From the NCBI GenBank assembly GCA_964106915.2, contig OZ066915.1: a stretch of DNA of 64,000 bases. One strand, written 5' to 3'. Within the stretch, counting starts at the first letter, position 1. Each line of letters opens with the position of its first letter. The notes beneath the pieces were generated by a model, which did not search any database, was not told where the DNA came from, and saw only the letters and a program-made list of their open reading frames with translations. The DNA comes from Podarcis gaigeae. Its lineage: Eukaryota. Shown here piece after piece: positions 24,944 through 37,908 of the stretch. Made by a program: the position numbers and the translations under genes.

Positions 24944-25826
24944 GTCTGACACAGAGGAGCCATTAATTGCTTCCAGGTTTCCATGATCATGGCTTTTAAG
25001 GAGATGTGTTGTGCTTCAAACTCCTTCCTGCCTATGGCATCCAGGTATTTTTCTTTTTCAGCTGTGTTTTCTGTTTTTGAAGGGACAGCAACCATTCTCC
25101 ACTTGTTATTTGTTATTTTATATAACATTCTCCTCCATTTACTTGAGCCTCACACGTCTGTTTCTCTTTTGACACACAGAAATGAGCTAAGCTTCCCTGC
25201 TTGGAGCAAAATGCTGTTGTGGACAGCAGAGGGAGTAAGATTTTTTAAATAGTGACTGCACTGTTGGGCGGATTTTGGCAAAATTTGGAACCCAGGAGTG
25301 GGTGCTCTGTTCTGTGTGGTTGTTTTGATTTCCTTTTGGCCATGTGCGCCCCCCCCCTTGATGCTGCATAATGAGATGTGGTAAAATCTAGGGCTCGGTT
25401 GAAGTATTATCATACCCCACTGAAAACTATGAAGCCCAATATCTCACCTTAGGATTCCAAGAATAGTAACAGCATTTCAATAGTAACAACAGTTCATGAA
25501 CATGCCACCTTTCTTTTTCCCCGGTGGTATCCCTGAAAACTGCTTGGTAATCTACATGACTGAAGGGCTGTGCTGTAACGCTGTCTCCCCACAAGTTGTT
25601 GTGTATACAAGACGTTTTGCCCCAGATAGCTGAAACTATCTTTTCCAAGTATCACGAAAGCCTCAGACTGATTGCTGAGTGCATAACCTTTGTTCTCTAA
25701 GCAGCACATGTTTTTACAGGCACGTTGATAAAAGGGTATCATGAGTTCTAGACTAGTTCTGAGTTGTTTTCCTTATAGTGAGCAATGATTAATTCTTCCG
25801 CATTGTTTCCAATGTGTTGCTTTCAG

Positions 25827-26006
25827 ATTGTCAAAGCGCTCTACTATCTGAAAGAGAAGCATGGTGTCATCCATAGAGATGTGAAGCCTTCAAATATCTT
25901 GTTGGATGAGAGGGGGCAAATCAAATTGTGTGACTTCGGGATCAGTGGGAGGCTGGTGGACTCGAAAGCCAAAACCCGGAGTGCTGGTTGCGCAGCATAT
26001 ATGGCG
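25827..26006 (+). CDS. MAP2K7: MAP2K7 exon 8 (HRD, DFG, SKAKT activation loop)
   Basis: [60 protein letters not shown]; 180 nt. Confidence 0.99.
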
Positions 26007-26792
26007 GTAAGAGATGGGCAGATGGCGAGAGAACAGCAGCAGGAATCTTGCTGCGCTGTGATGGAACTGAGTGAAAAAAACCCCTAAAAAACAACTGACT
26101 TTGTATGTTGCTCTTCCTGCAAATTGCTCAGAATAGCTTGTGTATGATTTAATTAAATACTCTTTCTTTGTTAAACTTTTATGTCATTCTTCCTCCAAGC
26201 TGCTTTGCATGGGTTGGGTATGATCCCTAGCAGTCTCATCCTAGCAGTGCTCTAGGCCAGACCTGCTTCGTTGCAGCCGTTGAAATGCAGCATGTGTCTC
26301 GATAACTTCTCTCCAGGACTAAGAATTCCATCGCTTGCATTTTACAATAGAAAGTTGTCACTAGAATTGGCCTGAGCTTTTGGGAAACTGTGTGGCAACT
26401 ATTACGCAGATGCTGTTACGGTATCAAAACAGCCTGCATTTTGTCTTAGCAACATCCAGTAGGATTCAGCTAAGTTTTTGTGTGCATGGAACAAGGCCCA
26501 CTCATGCAGTGAGACTTTCCCTCCTCTCCCCATGTACCCATGTGCTTCCCCCTAAATCTGCTTTGGAAGGTTGAGGGAACCCCCAGAACAGGTTTAGGAG
26601 GATGGGGGAAGTCTTGTTGTGTGAGTGGCGTTCATTCTGTGCACACCCACACACCCACTTCATGCTGCATTCAATTCCACCCATGGTTTGGCTTCTGTAA
26701 TTAGGGGAATCTTGCTAGGTGCAGATAAGAGACCAGTAGCAAAGAGTAGCAAAGATTTTTGACCGAATTTGTAATAATCTTTTTGTTTCCAG

Positions 26793-26873
26793 CCTGAGAG
26801 AATAGATCCCCCTGATCCCTCAAAACCAGATTATGATATCCGTGCAGATGTTTGGAGCCTGGGCATCTCTCTG
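26793..26873 (+). CDS. MAP2K7: MAP2K7 exon 9
   Basis: PERIDPPDPSKPDYDIRADVWSLGISL; 81 nt. Confidence 0.98.
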
Positions 26874-27377
26874 GTAAGTAAAACCTGCTCCCCATTTTAA
26901 AGAAAATTTGTGTACCTTAATATGCTTGTTGGGATCTTCAGGTTCTGGATCATATCTCAACCATCCTTTAATGTATGCAGTGCTTAATACATGACATAAA
27001 CAGCAATAAGCTTTGGGGTGAGTTTTTCTTCAATTTTTTAAAATGGAGTTAACTGATTCAAAGGAGGCTGAATTCTGGCTATCCTGAACCCCATTTTTGT
27101 CTCTGCTGTTGAGGCTGGATAAGCCAAGTGATCATTCTGTTCCACATTTCTTCCCTTTCTTGCTCTCATCTCTTTCCGTACAATCATTTAGAATTGTGTT
27201 GTTTGTATGGATTTTTATCTATTTGCTTTTGTTGTAAACTGCCCTGCGCCTTATATGCAAATAGTGGCATATACATCACTGAAGCATCATTGAAGAGATG
27301 CTGATGATAATAATGCTTTTTAGATTATTCCCATTTTTAAGCACTTATTCTTCATTTCTCTACCACCCTTAATGCAG

Positions 27378-27520
27378 GTTGAGCTGGCTACAGGTCAGTT
27401 CCCCTACAAGAACTGTAAAACAGATTTTGAAGTCCTCACCAAGGTGTTGCAGGAAGATCCTCCCCTCCTCCCAAACAACATGGGATTTTCTGTGGATTTC
27501 CAGTCCTTTGTGAAAGACTG
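27378..27520 (+). CDS. MAP2K7: MAP2K7 exon 10
   Basis: VELATGQFPYKNCKTDFEVLTKVLQEDPPLLPNNMGFSVDFQSFVKD(C); 143 nt. Confidence 0.98.
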
Positions 27521-28437
27521 GTGAGTGAAGTGCCTTAAATTCATGTTATGTAGAGCGGCTGCTTCAATATTTCTTACATAGACAGGAAGCCCTGCAGTTC
27601 CAGCTGGTTCCTCACTTTCCTGCTGAACTCTTGCATACCAGTTGCCTTCTCAGATATTGGTTAATGTTCATTCTAGGGCACCCCATCTTCAATACTATTA
27701 ATAGTGTAGATAAAAGAATTGGAACTGTTCTGCTTGTTCAAACTGGTACCATGCTCTTCTAAAGACTGAACTCAACCTGTGCTGGTGATTTCCACCTAGA
27801 AAGGAAATCCCTTATCTGCCTCCAGGACAGCTGTGCTTAAATTCTGGGCTAGCACATCGTTGTGTATGACCTCTTCTTGTCTACACATTCCTGGCTCTTA
27901 CCTCTTTTCTGTGTCTGATGTACCGATTCTTAAAGGTGTAGGAAATCCTTCATTGCCATGGAGATAAAAAGTAACATGTCGTAAGTTAGTTACATTTCCC
28001 CATCTTTCCTTGTTTCCATTCCTTCCAACAATTAGGCAGCTGTAAATGAATTGCACTCCTTGCAACTGGCATTGACACTTCCACAAATGTTCAAACAGAA
28101 AATCCTCTTCTGATAGTGATTGTTTTGTTTCAGTTAACTTTGAGCTTATGTGTCCAATTTGCCACTCCTGGATTCCATCATCCTCACGTAAGATTGTTGC
28201 AATCTGCCATGGGATACTGGGCATAGGCAGTTGACCCTGAAAGATTATTGGTACAGCAGGATAATGGACTTCATCCTGTTTGGCTGAGAGAGTTTGAAAC
28301 TTAGAGTAGACCTATGTCAATATGAGCTCTGTTTGCAAGGATCCATTATGCATCAGGTAGTGGAAACATGCCGTGTTGGTTGCTCCATAAAATAAATTGG
28401 ATCCTGTGTTTTGAATGTGTGTTTCTGTTATTTCTAG

Positions 28438-28483
28438 CCTTACTAAAGATCACAGGAAGAGACCAAAGTACAACAAGCTACTT
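28438..28483 (+). CDS. MAP2K7: MAP2K7 exon 11
   Basis: LTKDHRKRPKYNKLL; ctag|...|gtaagt; 46 nt. Confidence 0.97.
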
Positions 28484-28874
28484 GTAAGTATTGGTCACAC
28501 CTCTTTCATTGTGAATATTTAAAAAAAATCCCCCAGGGCTTGGAAAAAGGCCACAGTGGGTGCTTCTGCCAACCCTTAAAGTTTAGAAATAACCAGTAAC
28601 ATTTCTTGGAACTAGTTTGTGCCAACTGGCACGGAAGCTGAGATTAATAAAGTGACATCCTTTCTTTTCTCCACATAGTTTCTTTAAAGAAAAGTTATTT
28701 TACTTTTTTATTTGACTTTGGTCAGATTTTTCCCTGCTCATGTTTGGTGCTGTTGTGTACCCTCCTTGTTGCTTAGCTATAGCTGACAACTGTTGCTCAC
28801 AGCTCTGTAGAAATAACACAGGTGGTGTGACTCCCTTGCTTATTTTCCATCTCGTTTTGCCTGTTTCTTTGCAG

Positions 28875-29012
28875 GAACATAACTTCATCAAGCGTTATGA
28901 GACACTGGAAGTGGATGTGGCGTCCTGGTTCAAAGATGTCATGGCTAAGACAGAGTCACCCCGCACGAGTAGCATCCTTAGCCAGCACCACCTGCCGTTC
29001 TTCACCAGGTAG
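28875..29012 (+). CDS. MAP2K7: MAP2K7 last coding exon (DVD domain, stop)
   Basis: EHNFIKRYETLEVDVASWFKDVMAKTESPRTSSILSQHHLPFFTR*; all exons sum to 1320 nt = 439 aa + stop. Confidence 0.97.
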   Translation, partial: EHNFIKRYETLEVDVASWFKDVMAKTESPRTSSILSQHHLPFFTR

Positions 29013-30705
29013 CCATGTAGAGTGGCTATTGTGCCAAGGAAGGACCCCTTGGCAGACAGAGCTTGCAAGGTGGGGCAAGAGAGAGCACCACAACAGACAC
29101 CTGCCCTCACAACAGCAACTCTTCAGTGGCATGAATTGTTTGCTTCACCTGCTCAAATCACCCTTGCCCATCTTGTCTTTTCCTTCAGTATTGCCATGAA
29201 GAGATGGGGTGGCTGTCTGGTCTTTCTGGAATGTGGGTGTGTTCTAGAGCCCTTGGCATTTCTGGCGCCAGGCAGCCCAAGAATACAAGGCCTTTTCCAG
29301 CCTGTGCTTGTTATCTTTCTGTGATAGAGCGCCTGCCATCCGGAGTTGCCACAAAGTGACAGCCGCTCCCTGCTTGTCTCTCTCCACCTTGTCTGGAGGC
29401 TCAACAGTGACCCTTGCTCACGCACTGTGAACAGACACAAAACACACAAAAGGAAAAAGAAGATATTTTTTTTACCACTTATTTATTAAGTTTGGACTTG
29501 TGGTGCTGCGGGCCGCCTGCTGCACCCGTTCACCCATCCCTGCGTTATTAATGTCTGTCTTTGTTTTTTGTTTTTTCATTTGTGTTTTTGGGATTGTATT
29601 TGCTGAGGGGGAATGGGGCTGGACGTAGATGGGTCGTCTGCTGCTTTAGATTCTGAGCTTAGCTGTTGCTGTTGTCTTGGTTTCATTTTTTCTTAGGGCT
29701 TGGGGAGACAGGAAAGTGTAGGTTTGAGAATTATTCTCATCCAAGAGTAGCTCAGTTAAAGTGATTTTTTCCCTCTTCAATTCTTTTTGAACTCAGGGGT
29801 TCCTATTCTTTTGTTTTGAGCGTGAACAAAGTTTTGTCAGTGGTGTTTTATTTACCAAAGTGTGTGTTTGGTGCTAGGATAAATGCTTGTTCATTTTCTT
29901 CCAGTATTTAAGAAAAGGAAAAGCAGAACTTAAAAGATAATCCTGGCATCAAGAAAGCCATTTTTTAAAAATGATTCAGCCCAAATGATTCTTACTGCTG
30001 TGTCTTAGGGATTCTTTAATATATTTAAATAGTAACACATTTATGCCCTATTGTGGACTTTATTGACTCGATTCTTAACTGGTCACAAGTGTGTATCTCC
30101 AGTTGAGAATTGGTCAGAGTTTGCTCTTTGGAGATCATGGGCTAGAATCTGCACTGTCTGTCTAGATGCTCAGACTTCATGAAATCTCAGACGCGGGATT
30201 CTAAATTATCCAAAAGGCTTGGAGGATGAAGGCTGAGCACCCTCCTCAATCCTACTCTTTCAGAATAAAGCTTTTTTTCTGCTAGTGTTTTTAACAGGAT
30301 AAGAAGCCAGAAGGGACAGAATTCCAGTCAACTCTAATTGACAGGCATTCCCAAAGTGTTGGGGCCATGCTGTAGGCACCAAGGTCTCTGGGTCATTGAA
30401 GTTGTCATATAAACCTTTAGGAGCAACAATTGCCACCATCAGCCTTGGGAATGAGAGGTGGTCAGAGACTTTGGGAATGAATCCTGGTTTTCTTCTTGAG
30501 TCAATTCTGCCAATAACAATTGCATTTCAGGTAGTCCAGAGGTTAAAGCACAGTCCTGAAGCTCTGACTGTTAACCTGAAGGTGAGGCTTATTCCTGCTT
30601 TCTCTTGCTAGCAAAGGTTGGAGTACCATAATCTTAGCTCTTGTCTCAATCCTATGGATATGTGGGTTAGTGTGGTTACTTGTGGCGCAGGCATGATGGT
30701 GCACT

Positions 30706-30766
30706 AGATGTATAGATCAACTATACCAGATGTATAGATCAACTATACCAGATGTATAGATCAACT
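30706..30766. repeat. 22-bp tandem repeat, about 2.8 copies
   Basis: agatgtatagatcaactatacc x2 plus a partial third copy. Confidence 0.95.
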
Positions 30767-33700
30767 TCATAAACCCAACACACACACGCACATAGAAGTT
30801 TTAAACTAAAGTCATAACAGTACTTGGGATGTCCTGAAAAGGAGATGCACCTGTGGTCATTGATGAGGCTGGGCTGTCTGCTTAATACAAGTCCTTGAGA
30901 CATGATTCCATCTATGTTCTGGCTGTTTCCAGGGTGGAGCTCCTATATTGTATTATGCTTCCAAAGGGAGCCAAAATTAGGTACATTCAGTGGCAGAATT
31001 AGTGGAAGGAGGAGCAGTTATAGCATAATCCATGTTCGGGCATGTCCTACAAAGTGCTTGGGGGTGCTGGGCAACCTGCCAGAAAGTCAGACCAGACCAA
31101 GAGCGTCCTTTGAAAATGGGGTAGTGCACTTGCTTGATTTGTGAAGAAGTGGGTGTGTGTTTTCTGTGACTGATTAGATTTTTAGAGTGGATAGTTGCTA
31201 ACAAAATGAGGCAAGTTACCAAAGCGCTTGGAGGACATGGAGAGTTCATTTCCTGAGAGGGTGGAGGTCTTCATTCCTTGTGACTGGGACATCCTTACAA
31301 CACAGTGTGGAAGTTCAGTTATTCTGCTGACTGCAGTAGTGACTGTTAATGTGGCAGCATTTTTCGGAATATGAAGGAAGGCAATTTCATTTGCACACAG
31401 GCTTTATGAGTAGGTGGTTTTGTGTCTAAAAGAAAATGGATGGAGTGTATTATATGAAAAGACATTTGCTGTATGACAGAAAGTTGGAAGTGAAGAGCTG
31501 GTGAAAACTAAAGGGCAGTGAGCAGAGACAGAAAGTTTCAGATTTAAGATGCGTCCATACTGTTGAAACAGTGAGTGAATATTAATGGTTTTTATGGAAG
31601 TGGAGTAGGAAAAGCAATGAAGTTTACCTGTGGGTGTAAAACAGAAGGTGGTGCTGTGGTGCATGTTTAAGAGATGCCTAGCCTCCAAGATGAATTCCTT
31701 TAGTATTGTGGAGGCTTCAACAACATGTTTATTTAGCCTCTTCTGGGAACTTTGGCTATGATGTCTTCCTAAACTCTCTAGAATTTTAAGAAAATCTGAG
31801 TGTTTTCCAAAGACATTATGCCACAGTTTGAAAGTAGCTTGAAAATAGTGTGCTAAACCATAGTTTGAGAACCAGGAACAAACAACAAACTCACACACTT
31901 ACCTTTCCCATTAGTGATCTGATCTTGTTAGAGTAAACTACAGTTTCCCATTGGATCTGAAATAGTAAACCGAGCTGTTACAGTTCTCTAGCAGTAATAA
32001 TAAACCATGGTTTGATCCTGGTTAGTAAAATAACAGTTTGCCAATTCAGACATAATGGGGAATTGCAGCTGAAACTAACCAGGATCTCTGCACCAACACA
32101 GGGTGGGGGTAAAGGGGGAGAATGCATGCCTGATGTTTGCTGACTTCCTAAACTTTGATTTAGAGAGTCAGTAATGTACATCCAGACGTGGTTTTGATTT
32201 CAAGATATTGAGTCGTGCTTTTCAAATAAATAAATAAATGGGTGGTTTTGCATAGGCACAAGACTTCGTTATTTTCAATAGCAAGATATTTTTGTCGTAT
32301 TGGAAGATCTTTGGGTAGAGGACAAACAATAGTATAAATGCAATTTTGTGTTTCACTTGAGCAAAATAACAAGAAAGCTCATATTAAGACTACTTGGAGA
32401 TATCATCTATCGGCGTGAAGGGCATAGGAGATCATTTTGCCACAGAAATGTGTTTTGGTTAGGAATCGTTCAGGCTTCCCAACTTCAAATTGATACAAGA
32501 ATGATCCCATAAAGATGCAGATTTGAGATGTCACTTGGACACAAAAAATGGTTTGGAAAAGAGTAAAGCATGCTTTCTAGGGCATCTTCCACAAGATTAC
32601 AAGAAGAGCAGTGCACTGTCAAAATATTGAACTGCCTAGAGAAGGAGTGGGGAGAGGGTAAAACCTTTTATAGCAGAGGACAAGGTAGAGTGTCTGAAAG
32701 ATATAATGAGAAACTCATAGGAGAACTAAAGCCCTGGTGACCAGTAGGACCAGTTGCAGTAGTCTTCTCCGTGGATGATCAGGGTGGCCTGTCTATCTCA
32801 GTGATAGGCCCTCACCCTTCTGCTTGCTTTTGCACAGTCCTTCAATTGCGGAGTTAATCACTACTTTTGGGAATTCATCTTGGAAAGTAGGCTGGTAGTC
32901 ATCAAAGGTCTGGGCGTGTTTTGTCGGGGAAGTGAAGCACCTTGGGTAGAGAATGCTGGCGCAGGTGAGGGAACAGAGGAGATATAGGAAGTGTGAAAAG
33001 TTGGACTCGAGATCCAGGTGGAAGAACAGCACGTGCAAGTTGAGAACGGCACTGGGCTGCGTGTAGAAGAAAGTGGTGTTTAAATTGGATGTCAAGTTAA
33101 TGTGCGGAGTGTACTGGGAAGTACAGAAGGTGTGGGAAAGAGATAAATAGAAAGGGTTGGTAGAAGCAGTCCAATGGGAGCCGTTTTATTGCCTTGTCCT
33201 AAAAGCTGGGTGTGCCCTCCTTTTGGCTCTACAACCTGTTCTTCCATTGGACTTCTATGAAATGTACTTTAGCAAATGAAGTATACTAGTTGGCAGAGAA
33301 TTGGTGATATATAGTATGACAACTGGCGCTGGTACCTTTCCAAAGTGGCTGATATCTAAAAGTGGAACTAGGAGTGGATCTACCTTCTGGCTTGACCTAA
33401 AAAGCATGGTTTAGCTTTAGAGCACAGAGCCTCTCAAAACTTTTTTATTAGCCGTTGCCAGCATGAATTGGTTAGATGTGCACCACAGCCCTAATCTTTA
33501 GTGGCTGGCTGGCTAGGCCCTGGAAATCTTAAATCAAGAAGCATTGGTTGGAAGAAGATAGTTGAGAGTACAAGAATGTTATTAGAGCACTGGGTTTTCT
33601 AGTGCTAATGGAAAGCAGGTGCCCCTAATGATGGGATTGGCTTTGCAACAATGAGATTTTTCTCTCTAAAGATGGCTTTTGGGTTTTGTTTCTTCTTGGT

Positions 33701-36700
33701 GTTTAAGAATTTGTAGGTATCTGCTTTGCTGCACCTAAAAGCTTTATTCCGTTTAAGATTCCAAGTGATGGAACTGTCAGGTCCTATGAATAAGTGCCTC
33801 CTATAATGTAACTCCTGAAAAGCTATTTTGTCCGTTGATTTTTTAGTGGATATTTATTGAACATTTGTGTCGTATCTTGTGAACTTGGAATTTAAGAAAA
33901 GAGCCCTTTAAAAAAAAAGTTGCTTAAAATAAGTAACTTCAGCCTTGCGCTGTTTTAACTTTCCATCTGGAAGTTTGTTCCAGCCATTAAATAAATATAT
34001 AAATCTTTTGGCTCTCCTTTCTCTAGTGCCTCAAGACGTCAAGGTTTAGAAGTGCTCCTCCCACAAAGTTGTGAAATAAATTTGCCTACATGTTTGGAAA
34101 TGTGACGTATGAGATTTTTCCTGCACATTTCATCATATGTACAGCAGAGCAGTAGCTAGAAGAGATACCAAGAGATTTCTCCAGGTGTCTGAGTTTGTGT
34201 TCTTGTCTTAGGAAGGCAAAGGATACCAGCAAGGGTCTTCAAGGGAATTAGACTGTTTGCATGCAGGTACTTCAGTACATAGTGAAGCATGTACTTGAGT
34301 ATTTATAAAATGACTATTAGATGAAACGCAGTATAATGACTTGGTAAAGTCCCAGCACTAAATCAGATTTTTTAAAATAAAAAAAATAGAAGTTGTGCAA
34401 ATGTCAATTAAGGTTAAAATTCAAAATTGAAAAAATTTCTCGTGAACTGAAAATTTATCCTGATGGAGAACATGGCCGAAGTGTTCCAAAAAATGGGAGG
34501 GGGTAGATTATAAAACATAATATTTACACAGGTTCAGAATTATTAGAATGTTGTTCAGCATTTGAAGCGGAAAGCTTCTGGGTTCACTTTAAAAATTGCA
34601 CATTTGTCCCTTTCAAGAAATGAGTTTGGATACAGTATTCTATTTCCCTTTGGACTTGAAGCTCTCAAACATGGCAGACCACCCAAAAACAATTGACCTC
34701 TTGAAGAGCCTGGTTCACCTTACCTTTACTTCAAGAGAAAGCAAGAATAACCTCTTATCAGGAGATTGCCTAACTCTCAAATGTGGAAGGGTGTTTTCCA
34801 TTCTCAAAAGAAGGTTATAATTTAGCTTGCCATGGTGGGGGGAGCATACAGGGGTGGGATAGGTTTGGGAAACGTTAAAGGTTTTTTCAAACGTTCAAAA
34901 ACACGGGATGTCTTTTCAAGAAAAATTGAGGAAAAAATGCAGTTTTATTGCATTTTTTAAATTATTTTTTTAATGTATTAATTTAGAACAAATCTTTGTT
35001 AATGTTATTTTTAATCTGGATGGCTAAATGTTTACAATCGCCTGCCTGACATCTGCTCTTAAAGTGTGTGGGGATATTGGGGTGGGTGGGGCACAGGTGT
35101 GCAGCGTGTGGTGCATGCAATTCAAATGGGGGATTTTAAAACAAACAAAACTGTAAAAAAAAAAAATCATGCCAAAGGTAAGGCAGAGACTAGCTGGGTA
35201 GATTGTTATATTCTAGACATTAGCATTTCACTATATTCTCTATATACCATATATTATAAATTTGCATGTTAAAGTAAATAGAAGTAACTTCTATCTTATA
35301 CAGAAAGGGACTTTAACTTTGGATTACTTGTAAATTTGGTCACTTGTCTTGATTCAGGACTGCCTGAACACCTTAAGCTTTAGGGGCTGCTTGATTTTGT
35401 TTTTGTATTTTGTTTTATTTTTGTAGCCACCAAACTTTTGCTTTGCTGCCTTTTCATTAAAAAGGGCATGATCCAAAGTTTCATAGAGGGGTTTGAGAGC
35501 AGAGCTACTGAGTGGTGGCAGCCAAATTGACTTGAGTTGCAGCCACCATAGAACTAGTAGCCAATTTGCTGTATCTTCTCCAATGCTGTATCTTCCTTTG
35601 CTGACCTGTTATACTGAAATCGGCGTCATGGAAACACCTGGAAGCTTTGTATCACGGACATCCACCAGGACAATGCTGTACTCATGTGAGCAGTCAGAAG
35701 GTTTCAGACGGCCAGCAGTTTAGCTTTGCTTGCTCAACCAACCTCCCTCATGTTAGTTCCAAGTAATCAAAGCTACACTTTTGTGCACATTTATTTATTG
35801 CCCACCGGGAACTGTGTGTGTGTGTGTTTAATTTATTTTTTAAAACTTCCCTTTCTTTGACTTCTTATGGAGGGTGTATTTTTCATTTATAGTATTTGGT
35901 GAGTAGACTGTTTTCTCAAAGTGGAGGAATGGAGCATCACAAACAGATTTAATTTCAGGTTGCAGACCACAGTCCAAATTAATTCCAGTGCTTGATTCTT
36001 CTCTAAGAGACTTGAAATGCTTGGGCTGTGGTTGGGCACGCGAAGTCTTGGAATCATGTAACTTTAAAATTCCCGGGATTCAATATCATAAGGCTAAGAG
36101 TCGGTGAAGTTGCTCATAGGTAATATTGGAAGAAGGACTGAGGCTGGAAATCAAGAGAATCATGATTATGCAGATTGACCAAACTCTGTGTTGAAGAATT
36201 CATGAAATTTGCTTTAAAATGATAATTAAGCTGATAAGTTGAATATTTATGCTTGCCTGCTGGCTTCAGAATTTTAATGTAGAACAAGTGCTAGTCAGTT
36301 ACCTTTTAAGAATTTTTTTTTCTAATGTAGATCAAGCTGCAATAGGTTATTCTCCAAACACCCAATTCACAAGAGTTGCAGTCAAAAACATGAGAATTTA
36401 TAGCCGTGTAAAAGAGGAAAATTGACCAGGAGATGAGTTGGAGAACTTGCAGACACCCTGCCAATATTGAGTTTTATTCCCAAGTAGAGAGAAAATACTG
36501 TTCCTCTGTAGCTGTAGTGGATTTTGCCCAAATAAAAGAACACAATATTTCAGGATGGTAGCATAGGAATTGGCATGCAACATGAACTGATGGGGGGTGC
36601 CTATAGGTAGAGGAAAGGGACTTAGGAGAGACAGTTCACATTACTTGTTTCTGTCACATCCTAGTTTTAGAGATGGTTTGAACACTCACACAGTGAAGTT

Positions 36701-37902
36701 TGGAGAAATGGTTATCTCAGAGAACTTTGGGATCAGGTCTGGAGAGAAGTCCTGTTTTGTTTATCCTGCTTAAGGGGAGCTTCTTAAAAACAACAAAATT
36801 GTCACCATATATATATACACTTACCTGTAGAGTGGTTCTTAATTTTTAAGAAAATAATAATTTGGCTCTAGTTTCACATTGGTGCTGTAAACCAAACCAT
36901 TTTAAAAAGAAAGTAATGCTCTATATACCAAAGTATTTCAGCTATTTGTTTGGAAGTTTGTGGAGTTTTTAATAGCATAACCATCTCCTTCCTATCCCCA
37001 CAGCAGGCCATTTTATTAGTAGCTCTCCTTAGTTACTTCCAGTTTAATGTCCGGTTAATGGACCCTTTTTATCTTGTTGGAGGGTTTTTTCCCACCAGCA
37101 CCAGTTGTTCCCAGAGCCATTTGTCACGGGCAAGAAAAGGTTTAATGCTAGGTTTAATGCTTAGTATGCTAGATGTTATAATGACGTTCAGAAAGCATGG
37201 AAATGGCTTATCCCAGGGATAACATGTTGAGTAAATTCCAATAAAGTAAGTACTGGAGTTTGTCTCAGAAGAGGAATGTTCTTATTTATGATTTGATTTT
37301 AAATGATTTCAGGCTTAGAGTGCCCTAGGCATCTCTGGCCAGTTTTGGGGGTGAGTGGATAATTTGCTGAGCTAATTGCTTTCCCTACATGCTGAGGAAT
37401 CAGAAATCGAGCAGTTGCCCTTTTTAAAATATCAGTTGTACCTTGGATTTTAAAAGATAATAAGAGAATAGTATCTCCCTGGGGTGTCTTCAAGAGTCTT
37501 TGTGAAACACCCTTTTCTGTGCCCTATGGGACCCAACCTTGTAGGTTCAGTCCAGCAACATGGGACAGTTCAGTGTCACTTATTTCCAGTTATGGTTTGC
37601 TAGTCACCTCTCAGTGCGATTTCACTGTCCTAAATTTCACTGCCAACTACTTGGCATGCACCAAATTTTAGAACAGAGACTTTCCTTTTCCTAGTCAGCA
37701 CCCCACCTCCCCGTCAGCAGTCCAAACAGCTTGTCAGAAGTAGTTGCCTGCCTCCAAGCAGCGAGGCCAGTCTGATCAATTTTAGTGGAACTTTTGGATT
37801 TAGAAACATACCTACAATAGTATAAGGTAAATGACATTCTTGCTTACTTTTGAAAAGCTTTTTTTTTTACTCTGTTTGTAAAAACCCTCATAGAAGCTTA
37901 AA

Positions 37903-37908
37903 AATAAA
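37903..37908 (+). terminator. Candidate distal polyadenylation signal of MAP2K7
   Basis: AATAAA preceded by a U run and TGTA, followed by tgtctgtttctttcc. Confidence 0.55.

Noticed and set aside
30706-30766. Repeat array as a possible CRISPR
   Set aside because: Head-to-tail tandem repeat with no spacers
32793-33095. 100-aa - strand ORF and purine-rich, codon-like + strand tract
   Set aside because: The + frame has several stops, and there are no splice signals or recognisable homology; treated as UTR
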